Positions 11,369 to 26,438 of a stretch of 64,000 nucleotides of DNA are shown here, in pieces. How positions within the stretch are numbered: the first letter of the stretch is position 1; the number at the start of each line of letters is the position of its first letter. The stretch comes from Octopus vulgaris. Its lineage: Eukaryota. Under the pieces are notes generated by a model. It was not told where the DNA came from, did not search any database, and saw only the letters and a list, made by a program, of their open reading frames with translations. The position numbers and the translations under genes were made by a program. Location of the stretch: NCBI GenBank assembly GCA_951406725.2, contig OX597818.1:122822001-122886000 (forward strand). The letters are read 5' to 3'.

Positions 11369-12388
11369 TTCGATGTCTGATCAGTAAATATCCGAACTGT
11401 TGTCATACTAATGAAACTAAAGCCTTCAACGTAAATCTGCGTGATACTGAATGACCTTCAACACTTCTGTGCAAGCTCACTGCGTTTTAACGTTCTGACT
11501 CACATCCTCTGTTTACAGTTGAGCTCGGATAGTACGTGTGTAGCGTGTCTATCGTAGCATCGATCATGACAGAGAAGGTTATGATGGCGATACCAGCTCA
11601 GGAGCCGACGCAATGTTGCAGTAAGTGTATGGAGATGAATGTATGCGCTGCACACAAGTGTACGAGTGGTTGAGACGTTTTCAAGATGGCCGAAAAAATG
11701 TCGATATTGACGAACGTTCTAGGAGACTCGCAACCAGCAGATTTGGGAAAAATATCGCAGATGTGCGTGCAGCTGTGAGAGGAAATCGTCGAATCCCCCT
11801 CTTTGATTTATCAGAGGATGTGCAGTTTAAACAACCTAGCTTTTTCATCAATAATGATAATCACAGAATCGCTTGTGCTAGTTGTTAACTGTCATGTATG
11901 AAAGAAAATAAATATGAACAGCTGCATTATAACACAGAGACTTTCATAATACAATAACGCTGTATAAATTATTCGTTGCACTTTTGTACAAGAGATCCCC
12001 ATTTTAAGAACATCTGCCAAGTATGTGCCAAGTATGTGCCAAATTTGCTTTCAGCTGACCAAAAAGTCACTCTGGGTTCACTTGCACAAGATCTCTTTGA
12101 TTGCGTCGAGAACGATGAAAACCTTTAGAAAAGTTTACATAGGTCTCTGAGCAGGTATCACCAAGCTTTCGGCAAAATTTGATGCTGATATAGTGCTCAA
12201 CTTTGTCATGGTTAACGCGACGATCACATGCTACACACGTTCCTTCAAAGCACTGCGGTAAACATCGGAAGTGAGCTATAATGTTAAAACTTAGTACGCA
12301 TGCACATCAGAGTTCACAGCCAAGCGTGTTTACTCTGCATAATTTAGCTTCGTTACTATGGCAAAAGTTGAGATACTTATAGATCAGA
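11369..12388 (+). mobile_element. Internally deleted mariner transposon with TIRs
   Basis: TIRs tctgatcagtaaatatccgaactgttgtcata and the reverse-complement tctgatctataagtatctcaacttttgccata; HTH region VYGDECMRCTQVYEWLRRFQDGRKNVDIDERS; AKYVPNLLSADQK. Confidence 0.88.
11826..12015. repeat. 190-bp inverted duplication of 13412-13601
   Basis: Ungapped reverse-complement match with few mismatches. Confidence 0.93.
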
Positions 12389-13118
12389 ATATATATATAT
12401 TAATAATTAATATATGCTGAAGATTTGTGAGGCAGCCGAAATAAAGTTGTCTTGCAATTATTACCATAAAACTTAGACGAACTTTTTGCGATTGAAGTAA
12501 CATCAGATTGCATGTAAAACTAGTTCACTCCTGCATCGCCAAGGATAAACGTGTTCCCGTTGTCTTCTCACCTGAAGTGCAACACCCTTTCAAAAGCTAA
12601 TTTTCTCCCTCACTGCATCAACAAGATTACGTGATAGTCCGACATCTCAACAAACTAGCCGACTCGTTAGAACATGGGTAATTACCTTGCGGTCGTTTGT
12701 ATCAGGTCTCTGCAATCTATGTTCAAATGTCACTAAGGTCAAATCTGACGTTTCATTTCTTTGGAGTTGATCAAAAAATTTACTATTCAAGGGCGATGGA
12801 TTGGTAAAGGTGCAGGATCGTCATACGCAATACGTAATAATACTTGTTTCAGTTCTTGACGTTTAGAGTTCTTGGATAACAGATTTAATAAGCGGGTAAT
12901 TAAACACCAAACCAGCATTTTGCAATGACATGCGGTGTCTTAGGCCCAGTTCATTCTATTTTACGTATTTGTACCAGCTCTCCCGTTTGAGCATAACTTT
13001 CTCCTATAATCCTGCCAGGCTTTGTATCCATAAATAGCAAATCGTGGGCGCCGCTGTTCCTCCAGCTTTGATTAAACTGCCAAAAACCAAAATCTCCTTT
13101 TGTATTATGTAAATTAGA

Positions 13119-13243
13119 AGCCTCGTGGAGCTTTTTAGGTGTTTTCGCTCAATAAACACTCACAACGCCCGGTCTGCGAATCGAAACCGCGATCCTACGA
13201 CCGCGAGTCCGCTGCCCTAACCACTGGGCCATTGCGCCTCCAC
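13119..13243 (-). mobile_element. 3'-truncated tRNA-SINE head flanked by a 12-bp TSD
   Basis: Matches the 5' 125 nt of 25761-26146; atgtaaattaga at 13107-13118 and 13244-13255. Confidence 0.9.
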
Positions 13244-14744
13244 ATGTAAATTAGATAAACACTTGTTAAAGACGATCACACTGATCTTCATTCCAACAAC
13301 ATTACGCATAAGTGATTCAATTGCTCATGTAACGGGTTGAATTTTTGCTGAACGGTTCGGTAGGGAAAAAGCGGTACACTGACGTAATTGAAGAGGTAGA
13401 AGAGACTGAAAAGATGTTCTTAAAATGGGGATCTCTTGTACAAAAGTGCAACGAATAATTTATACAGCGTTATTCTATTATGAAAGTCTCTGTTTTCTAT
13501 TGCAGCTGTTCATATTTATTTTCTTTCATACATGACAGTTAACAACTAGCTCAAACGATTCCGTGATTATCATTATTGATGAAAAAGCTAGGTTGTTTAA
13601 ATTTGTTTTAGTATTATTTATCGCCAATTCAATTTCATCAACATTTATAATAAGCACAAATATTTCAGAACAGTCGTTCCAAACTTTGCATACCTGTCTT
13701 TCTGTGGTGCAAGATAATAGTTGAGTGGCTGCGGCTAAGAGAATATAACTATAAGTAGGAGAACGTGATGTTAACACCATCGCCTCTATTATGTTTTCTT
13801 GTACTTGTTGTTGTTTATACATCATTAACATCGCTTGTCACAATGAAATTAACTACATTTTAAAACTAATTCTGTTCTAACAAGTATATCCTGAGCTTTA
13901 TTGTTCCACTATATGTGGTTTAAATTTTTAGAATAATTATTAGAAGTTATGAAAATTTTACTTTCTCATTATCAAATGTGATACTAGTGTTCTGGAGAAG
14001 GTGCGAAAATTAATCAAACATTTTGCAATAGTGTGTGTATAGACGTTGATTTCTTTTTTATCACACACGTTAATTTTATAAATAAAAGAAGAAAGTGATG
14101 TACTAGTAATGTTAACTCCATTGCCTCTATTACGTTTCCTTGCTTTTGCTGTTGTTTATGAACGTTTAGCATGACAACCGGTAGATTATCTTTTGGTTAC
14201 CCCTTCAATGTATTATTTACATGCTACCAAATATATGGCCATCTACGAAAATGAAGGAATATTGTAAATTTAAATGTGCTTTTGAGATTAATATATTTTT
14301 TTTGATACACCTTCAGAATAATTACATCAGGAACTAAAGTGTATACAATGTCATCATACATTACATATGTGGTTGTTTAGACATGTCTGAATTAATTCAC
14401 TGTCTACTCACAAAAATCTGGATGGATTTAATTATTAATTTCAGCTGGCTGGAAACAGTTACAAATTCCATCAACTGTCAAATCCGAACATTGGTGAGTG
14501 AGAACATATGTATGATAAAAGCCATTAACTCGCTGTAATGATCTTTTCTAAATTTGTAAATTTTTTTAAATATTATGAACTTAAACTTGGTAATAATTCA
14601 ATTTGAAATTTGCCTTACACAACACATTTAGTTTGTAAGAACATCATTAAATACAGCTGCGTATAGAAATTATGCACCCCCACTACACTCACTACACATA
14701 CGCACGTGCACACGCACATACATATACAAACATGTATTCGTCCG

Positions 14745-15039
<295 letters not shown>

Positions 15040-16843
15040 CCAGATATGGCTGTGCACTTAGATGGTACTTCAAAATTATTAGGAATATATTCTAACACTA
15101 ATCAAATAGATTAATGGGAGGCGGGGTATACTTGACTAGTACCAAAACATTAAAAACGGAATTAAAAGCGAAATGACAATATTCCACTGTATCAAATTAT
15201 GCAATTATTTTAATAATATTTGTTGTTTTAATGATTAAGCGAATTATTTAGTACGTTATATTTGGCAAAATAAACTGTGTGATTTCACTAATTTTAACGA
15301 ATATCGTATCTTATTTGAGGTACATCACTCTATATCGCTTTGATGTTGCTATACGTAGATTTCAGTTAAAGAAATGAGGTAAGAGTAAACGTTCGACAAA
15401 TAGCCAGAAATTAAAGACATTTTCATCATTTGATGAAAGATTTTATAAAATGATATGAAGTTTCTTAGGACCAATAGTACAGTTATGGTTTTATGATTGT
15501 TCAAAAAACACCAACAAAAGATACGATGAACATTCAAAAAATTATAAAAGACTTAAATGAGAATTCTAATTCGAAATTAGATGTTTGAAGTAGTTAGTAT
15601 GTTGTGGCTTATATGCTAGTAGGAAGCCGTTATGACGAGGCGTGTCATGGGAATTTTTGACTTGTGTAGGATACTTATTCTTCAGCCACAGCTGATTTCG
15701 TTCAAACAGAGACAGGGATAGGAAGAGGGGAAAACAGAGAGAGAAGAAACCACCCAAGTATAGGAACAGTCCTTTATTTATGAATACTAAAATGATGAAA
15801 AGTGAAGTTAACTTCAGCAGTTTTTGAACACAGTTCGCCGCAAAAGTAGCTCTGAGCAACTTACCTAAAGTTCCGAAGACTCAGTGAATTCGACGCATAA
15901 TATGGTAGCAAATAATCAACGAAATATTCGCGTGTTGGTAACTTAGACACTAGCAGATACTAAAATAAAAGGCAGTCAATCACCTATCAACAATATAAAC
16001 AGTAACACAACTTTGCTGCCACTAGAACCATGTGGAAGGACAATGTATTCCTTTTTTTTTGAGATATTGATTATCAATTTAATTCATTTGTACCACCTTG
16101 CTTTTAAATATTGCAAAAATGTTATGATATTACACCACACGAACATAACAACTTTTGTAAAAATGAGAGGAACCAGAATAACATTTTGTGAAAGATATAT
16201 TCCGATAACCTTGTTGATTTAGATACACCCAGTCAGAAACATTCTATAACCTAGTTGAATTATGAGAAAAAGATGTTTAAAAGTAGTAAAAGCAAAGAAA
16301 GACAAAATATTTAAAATTCCTTAGGAAAACTTGAATGAAAAAGGAATAATATTTTTGGCCAGTTTACCAGGATTTTCTTTTTTTTTTTTATAGAAGACAT
16401 TTTCCATATTATCTGTATAATTTCTATCATATTTTATTTTCCTTTCGGTTTTTAAGAACTCAAAAATAATTTTAGAAATTTCGGAATATAAAATTTGCTC
16501 AACGTATATTTTTCCATGTTTCCTACATACTTTTTTCTCTATAATTGGAATAGATACACACATAAATACTGTGGCAGTAAATCTTCATAAATCCAAGTTG
16601 AAATTTCTGGTTCTTTCAACTTCTCCCTAATGTTTTCTTAACGTTCATCATTCACTATGTTTCCATATCGAAAGCTTTGAAGAAAAGAATAAAGACCGTT
16701 GATTTTGCTAGTGCAACGAAACTAGGATTGGTTCTTTGGGAATTAAGCCAAAATATTTAGCTTCTCATTTCGAGATGAAACGAGGATATCTGACATTTAC
16801 AAGGACATATCATCATTAGATATGAGAAGGTACATACGGCATT

Positions 16844-16890
<47 letters not shown>

Positions 16891-16895
16891 GCATA

Positions 16896-19224
<2,329 letters not shown>

Positions 19225-19228
<4 letters not shown>

Positions 19229-19460
19229 GGAATTCACGAAAGAAACGAGAGACGAAGACAGGTGGTGTAGAAAACAAACAGATATATTAGTATAACGCTC
19301 AGGAATTGAAAAAGTCTTTTACGTTTCGAGCCTACGCTCTTCTACAGATAGGAACACAGCAAGAAACGAGATAAAAAAAATGTGTGTTGTGGCTACCGAT
19401 CTATCATGGCGACTGCCGGACAGAAGGGTCACACAGGAGAGCGAAGAAGTAGGGGATATA
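19225..19460 (-). mobile_element. Short element with a minimal hammerhead-like motif, in (TA)n
   Basis: Reverse complement CTGTAGAagagcgtaggctcGAAACgta at 19320-19347; related remnant at 10970-11100. Confidence 0.6.
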
Positions 19461-19825
19461 TATATATATATGCATACATGCATGTGCGTGAAAGTGTATG
19501 TATATATGCTTGTGTGTGTGTGTGCGTGCGTATGTGTATGTGTGTGAAATAGCACATGGCCTAAATGTTAGGGATTGAATTCACGACCATAAATAAGGTC
19601 GTTGTTTCGAATACCAGGAAATTGTTGTCACATGTTTCTGCGTCAATAGGCTTTATGAGCACAGCAATCGTCTTACTTTAACTCCAGCAGATGAGATAGT
19701 CGCATATAACACAGAATGGGAAAGAGCAGAAAACCTTTATGGCTAAGGATAATCTGTATTATTCAAGCGAAAATGAGGCACGCGTTATAACTCATGATTA
19801 GTGTCATGGATACGTGCCATGAAGT

Positions 19826-19873
<48 letters not shown>

Positions 19874-20274
19874 ATTATCATGGAATATAAATTCTCGAAT
19901 TATTGAAAATATCTTCCCTTCTCATTTGAAATTCGTAACAATAAAACGAGACTTTTACTTAATCTCCTCTCGGATGTAAATCAAGACTTTATCATGTATG
20001 ATTCTTCAATTAATTTTATTCGTATTTATTGTATATGTTCAAGTATATATGTATATTTATAACGTGTGCATTCACGATTGTGTTCAGACTGTATTGGTTA
20101 TATACATGACTTACACATATATGACAGAACTAAACGTGTAAAACAAACCAGTCACCTCTACATAGTCTCATGACTTTGTAATGTTGTATTTAAAAACTGA
20201 TGTTATGAAAAGTAGATGAATAATTTAAATTAAGAAGGAGACATACAACGAAAGAAGGACAGAAATAAGGACAG

Positions 20275-20308
20275 TATAAATACTGTTGGACTATGCACAC
20301 TATCAGAC
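20275..20308 (+). promoter_or_regulatory. Candidate TATA box and initiator
   Basis: TATAAATA at 20275-20282 and TCAGAC (Inr-like) with its A at 20305, 30 nt downstream. Confidence 0.45.
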
Positions 20309-20415
20309 GGCAAAACAGCATGGATTTTATTTTGCTTTCGCTGATAAATACGGAAGTAACATATATACAATCAAATAGCGAGTAGATAAAACAATCCCGA
20401 ACAGCAACATTAATT

Positions 20416-20530
20416 ATGGCTTTTATTTTGAAATGTCTTCTGTTTTTAAACTTGTGCAGTAAACTGGCAGACTCTTTAGTGCAACAGAATAGAATTGACA
20501 ATATTACTTTTGGCTCTTTACATTCTGTTG
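20416..20530 (+). CDS. Candidate exon 1 of a small secreted protein (signal peptide)
   Basis: MAFILKCLLFLNLCSKLADSLVQQNRIDNITFGSLHSV; phase-1 donor G|GTAAAA at 20531. Confidence 0.5.
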
Positions 20531-20762
20531 GTAAAATAAAGTATTACTTAAGTAATGGAGTTGATAATTATGAAGTAATACCACCTACCTTTAAATTGCT
20601 GCCCTTATATCTAAATTAGAAAAGCAAACGGGAAACAAAAACGGAAATGGTATAATGTGACTTTCATGTATCTTTACTAATGGTGCTAAGTCAATTTCTC
20701 GTGTTAAGTGTTTGCATATACTCAAATCTTTCTTTTAATATTCTTTAATGAATTAATCGAAG

Positions 20763-20869
20763 ATAAAATTGAAGCGACCATAGACATTTTCAATGGCTCG
20801 GTGATTGCTGCGAAGTTTAGAGGGTGCTTTCTAAGGCAGCAGACCAAGTCCAAATGCATGAAACCGAAA
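20763..20869 (+). CDS. Candidate exon 2
   Basis: T-rich tract and AG at 20761-62; phase 1 restores (D)KIEATIDIFNGSVIAAKFRGCFLRQQTKSKCMKPK; phase-0 donor AAA|GTAATC at 20870. Confidence 0.45.
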
Positions 20870-21141
20870 GTAATCTGCTCAAGACACCCAACGACGAAGT
20901 AGCGTATCACGCAAGCACAAAAGCAAATTCGCGGGCAAATTTCCGGTCACCGTATTTTATTTATAAGGCTATAATCGAGGTTATGAAAGAATACACTTTC
21001 TTTAGATGCTATGCAATAAGGATGGAACCCGGAACCATTTAGGCCCGAAAGGAACCTCACCCTTATAGAACAATTTCCGAGCCAAACAAACAAGAAATAT
21101 CCCGGGTACAAATCTGTTACTCCTGTGTTTATGACTTGCAG

Positions 21142-21192
21142 GTAATGAGACCATGCTTCTCATTATATGAATGCTGTACTGCAAATATTTAG
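21142..21192 (+). CDS. Candidate terminal exon 3
   Basis: ttgCAG acceptor 21139-41; phase 0 gives VMRPCFSLYECCTANI*; AATAAA at 21230-21235. Confidence 0.35.
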   Translation, partial: VMRPCFSLYECCTANI

Positions 21193-23579
21193 TTGAGAAG
21201 AATTGAAGCATTGTTAACGTTCCGTTGGGAATAAAACTAAGAAACATAATCACCAATTATGTATTTTATTTAATTTTAGCCAATGATATTAATGGTAGTC
21301 TAACACAACTAAAGGCATTACATCATGAGTAGGTGTTTTCATTTCTCTTCGGTATGGTATGTATTTATCCTTAATGCAAGATCAATCTTTCGCATGAAGT
21401 CACTAACTACCGTCAATTAAATCTATATCGGTTATTTTTATAAGTTACTATATATTTTATTGATTTTAGACGGATGAATATCAAACTGGATCCAATGAGT
21501 CTAAAACCAGAATGTAAAGAGTTAAATTGGCATCTTTAAATCATTTCGTATGATTTGTTTCTGTCTCTAGTAACAAAGCCCAGCGACATGCTCTGTATGG
21601 GAATCAAATAAAAAAAAAATTGATGCTAACATATTACATAATGCAGTGAGACATTAAATGTTAATTAATTAACCTCCCGGTGAAGAGAAGTGATCATTAG
21701 CTTAATGATTAATTCTGCTCAAGAATTCCAGGAACACAACCTCAGAATTTTAATTGATTAGCATCTTTTTGCTCACTACACAAGGTTAACACCAAGCTTA
21801 CTATTATCTTAGCGAATCCATCACCTTCAATTAACACCTTCAACACAAAATTTTAACCTGTAAATCCAAAATAAAACAAGAAAACAAAATTATATAGAAA
21901 CCTTATATTGAAATTAAAAGATTTTAATTCTTACTCTCAAAAAAAAAGAATTAATTCTAAAAATATTTTGAGTTATTCAAGGAAAAGTGTATATTTCCTT
22001 TGACTACGGAATGTTAGAGTTCTTTTTGTTTTCTTTCATTATACTTTCCAGTTGTTTTATTGAAGCCTCGGCGTAAAGATGGCCAGAACTTAGAGCATCA
22101 CAGACATGGACGTTAAGATTGAATTTAACATAAATTTGAAGCTCAGCAATGTAATATGTATATTTGAGGAATTACATGTTGTAAACCTATCATAAATAAA
22201 TAGTAAGAAGGAAGTTGAATGAAATATGGATATTTCGTGTATATTTTTCTAAAGTACACAAAATGCACCCTTGCGATTCCAAAGGGACAGAATAAAGTAT
22301 AAACATAGAATTAATTGGCAAATCTATTTATTGCCAACAAGTTTTGCATAAGAAGCATCAAAAATGATTTAGATAAAATATATTCTTCAGCTAATATTAC
22401 ATTGGTTCCGTGAACAACACGAAAAGACTCCTAAATTGTCTGAGTATTATCGAAGATCCTCAGCAAAGCGTAGAAGGCGTTGTACCTGCTGGGAAAGTAT
22501 ATATATTTTTCTCGGTATTTTTATACCCTTCTGTGTTGCGTATGTTGGCATTAAACCATTTCCCCCCACGTAAACAGTGACTAAGAGCGATTTGTACTCT
22601 GAATATTATAACTTACTGTAGATAGAGTAATTATGTATATATTACTATAATTCCCTTTAATATTTGTATGGGCATTGGTCCCTTCCGCCCTACATATAAT
22701 GTGAGAAAATTTAGTATTTGTGTAGTTTACACTGGGAAAGTACATTTATAGGAAATCAAGCACTACCTGGTATCATACAAGGAAATGAACCAGCGTCTCC
22801 ACTGTAACAAACCTGCATTAGTTTTACTCTTTTTCTCCAACTTAAGATAGTCAAATGTATTACCGCGTCATATTGCATATCAATAGTTAATAGTATTTAA
22901 CAATCTAAGAGAGTTAAGTACACTGACAATAGATAGACGAGTTTTGCTGAAAGAGTAAAAGCCTAAAATATACGATTAAACAAGGCCAGCGGTGAATCTT
23001 CACTCATCAATAGATTTCCGTGCTAGATCGATATTTCAAACAAAGCGACAAGTCTCTATGAACGATACAGCTAACTTTACTTAGTCAGCGAATTTCTTTA
23101 TCCTAAGGTAGATGACATGATTACTCTAAGAAATAGAAAGTGCTGTACAAAGTGGGTGAAATAAACGTGTAATGCACTCATATCCAACGGCATAAATTAT
23201 GACAGAAAGAGTGTAAGAGAATTAACAGTAGAATAGATTAGCTGGAAATATGATAAATGCAGAATAAGTTAGAAATTATGTAAAAATATCGGTTCAAGCG
23301 TAAGCGTTGAAATCACACCAAGCAATTATGAGTTTACATGTAACCTATTTCTGTACGTTTGTAAGTTTATGAGCATATATATATGTGTGTGTGTGTGTGT
23401 GCGTGCGCGTGTGTGTATGTATGTATGCGTAGATATGTTTGTATATGGATATGTGTGTGTGAATATATGATTTTATATGCATGGGTGTCAGTGGTCCGTG
23501 CGCGCGTGTGTGTGTGAGTAGATATAAATGTGTGTATGTGTGTGTTTGTGCGTGTGTATGCATGTATATATATCCGAGC

Positions 23580-25520
23580 ATTAAGTCTTAAAGGCCAGCT
23601 AGGGCAATCGCTTGAAGAACAAATCAGCTGTACAAAGAAATAAAATACCAATCCCTTTAAAATGGCAATTCCTTTAACAGTACCAGAATCATCATCCCAC
23701 TAAATCTACACTTTCAAAGCAGTCTGACAACGGCCCTTCAGCAACAAAACACCCTGATAAGCTTAGTGACAACTACTAAATTCAGGCCACGACAGATGTT
23801 CTTGAAGGGGAGGATTTTAAACTTATGGAAACAGTATTTACATATCGCCCGAGGAAACACAACTAGATTTCATAATGCAGTAAACATTTGCATAATCAAG
23901 TACCTGCATACCTGGAGAACTAAGGTGCGTCCAAACAATTGTAGTGATTAAAAAATAAATGTCCAAATGTTCTCAATTATATATGCATAAACCAGAAATG
24001 TAGACTAATCAACCCAATTGAAACAGAAATGGGCATTATTTGCAAAAGTATTTTAGATTCTATTTTACACAAGTTAAATAGAGAATTAAATTGACAGATT
24101 TGGGGAAATAGTAAGTGAGTTGTAGATTGGTTCAAGGGAATTAACCATAAATATAATTGCAAAATTTTTGCAGTTCGATATTGTCGATTTTTCCTGTCAA
24201 TATCCAGGCTTCTACTTCTTAAAGCGTTAGACTTCGCCAAGCAATGTTAGCATCGACAGTTCGGATATAAATATTATCCTGTATACAAGGAAATCCCTCT
24301 TTTTTTACCATGATTCTACGTGGGTCAAAAAGAGCAAGTATTCCTTATTCGATGTGCCGATGGGGGCATATGATGGGGCGGAGATATGTATGCTTATAAG
24401 AGCTTATATTTTGCAAAACCTGCATTTGAAACTTCCTTTTATAGATGCAGGATTTTACAGAGATGACGTTCTTATAGTCACCCGGAGTATGAACGGCCAT
24501 GAGTTAGATAGACTTAGGAAGAATCTTATTGCCTTCTTCTAAAGAATTGGCTAATGGATAACGATAGATACTAACATTAATAATGTAGTCTTTTTTTAGA
24601 TATTAACTTAGATTTGCAATTAGATAAATTTGAATCTACTTGTAATCCTAAAGAAAAACTATACATCAAGAGTCAAATCATTTACCGTAGTACTTTATAA
24701 TTTAGTGAGTAATACAGAAGGTGCTTATACATATCTGCAGATGAGATAGCATTTTCTATTTATCGCCTTTATATCTAGCATTTTACATTTTACGACTTTC
24801 AAGAAAAACTTCGAGTGTTTACAATTTTAAATTTAAATTTCAACGGCGGTCAAATTTTTACTCATTCTCAAATTTAAATATATACTTTTTTCTTTAAATT
24901 TTTTATATCTAAAATGAATATTTTTTCATATTTAAATTACATTAACTTTTTGCACCGTTTTCTTATTTTGATATGCTGTCATTTGATGTTTTCGTAAACT
25001 CTCCTTTAGTGTATATATATATAAAACTTAGATAAAACTTAGATATGTTTCGACCAGAGTTTGGTCCAGGCCATGTCTAACTTAATAGCACCATATATAT
25101 ATATGTATATGTTTGTTGTGTTTCTATGCATAAGTAAATTTTTGTATGCATTTGTACATGTGTTTATTTTTATGCTGTTTAGATCACTGTAAGTGAATAT
25201 TTCGTTATAAACAGACTTATATTTTTTTAATTGAATCTATTTTACCATTAATTAATTTACTCTAGGTATATATGTTTTTTTTCCTTCTAGTTAAAGCTCA
25301 TTTTTGTTTTAAGGTTTTCTTCGATTTTACATATGATTTTTAAATCGTCACTTAAAATTTGTGTATAACACTGGTTAGCTGAAAGGACCAATGAAACAAA
25401 ACCAATTTCAAATGTGTATCTATCAATGTAAATTGTATATTTATACATATAAGCTTAATTCTTTGTTCCATTCTCAAACAAACCTGTGCAACGAGCAGTT
25501 TTTTTTGTGATATTTTTGTG
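23580..25520 (+). mobile_element. Degenerate Penelope-like element (RT region; possibly Naiad-type)
   Basis: CRLINPIETEMGIICKSILD, VVDWF, QFDIVDFFLSIS, FDVPMGAYDGAEICML, GFYRDD, ELDRLRKNLIAFF, with stops and frameshifts; extent beyond about 24800 uncertain. Confidence 0.8.
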
Positions 25521-25611
25521 AGGACTTTGCAGTTTTAATAATAAAGTACACACATACACACAAACACACACGCACACATACACACACATACACACACATA
25601 CACACACATAT

Positions 25612-26438
25612 TATTTTATTCTTTTACTTGTTTCAGTCATTTGAGTGCGACCATGCTGGATCACCGCCTTGAAAGGTTTTAGTCGAAAAAATCGATCCTA
25701 GGACTTATTTCTTAAGCTTAGTACTTATTCTATCGGTAACTTTCGTCGAACCACTATATTGGAAGCACTCCGCCGGTTACGACGACGAAGGTTCCGGTTG
25801 ATCCGAATCAACGGAACAGCCTGCTCGTGAAATTAACGAGTAAGTGGCTGAGCACTCCACAGACACGTGTACCCTTAACGTAGTTCTCGGGGATATTCAG
25901 CGTGATACAAAAAGTAACAAGGCCGGCCCTTTGAAATACAGGTACAACAGAAACAGGAAGAAAGAGAGAGAGAAAGTTGTGGTGAAAGAGTACAGCAGGG
26001 ATCACCACCATCCCCTACCGGAGCCTCGTGGAGCTTTAGGTGTTTTCGCTCAATAAACACTCACAACGCCCGGTCTGGGAATCGAAACCGCGATCCTATG
26101 ACCGCGAGACCGCTGCCCTAACCACTGGGCCATTGCGCCTCCACGCACCACTATATTACGGAGACATAAACACACCAGCACCGGTTGTCAAGTGGTGATG
26201 TAGGATAAACACAGACATAATGATGCACACGCATAGATACATATATATGTGTATATACACACGACGGATTTCTCTCAGTTTCCATCTACCAAATTCACCC
26301 ATAAGGTTTTGGTCGGCTCGAGGCTATAGTTGAAGAGACTTGCCCAAGGTGTTACGCATGTTGTTGGGAAGCATGTGGTTTGGAAACATGTGGTTGGGAA
26401 CCATGTGGTTGGGAAGCAAGCCTCTTACCCCACAGGAG
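25612..26438 (-). mobile_element. SINE family A interrupted by a younger SINE
   Basis: Family A tail at 25612-25760; remainder at 26147-26438. Confidence 0.88.
25761..26146 (-). mobile_element. Full-length tRNA-derived SINE (family C-related) with an 11-bp TSD
   Basis: Head ggaggcgcaatggcccagtggttagggcagcgg...gtttcgattccc; accactatatt at 25750-25760 and 26147-26157. Confidence 0.92.

Noticed and set aside
15850-15900. Minus-strand splice donor AG|GTAAGT at 15859-15866
   Set aside because: No supporting ORF, acceptor or partner exon found
26060-26146. tRNA gene
   Set aside because: tRNA-like A and B boxes run on into a SINE body with a TSD; it is a SINE head
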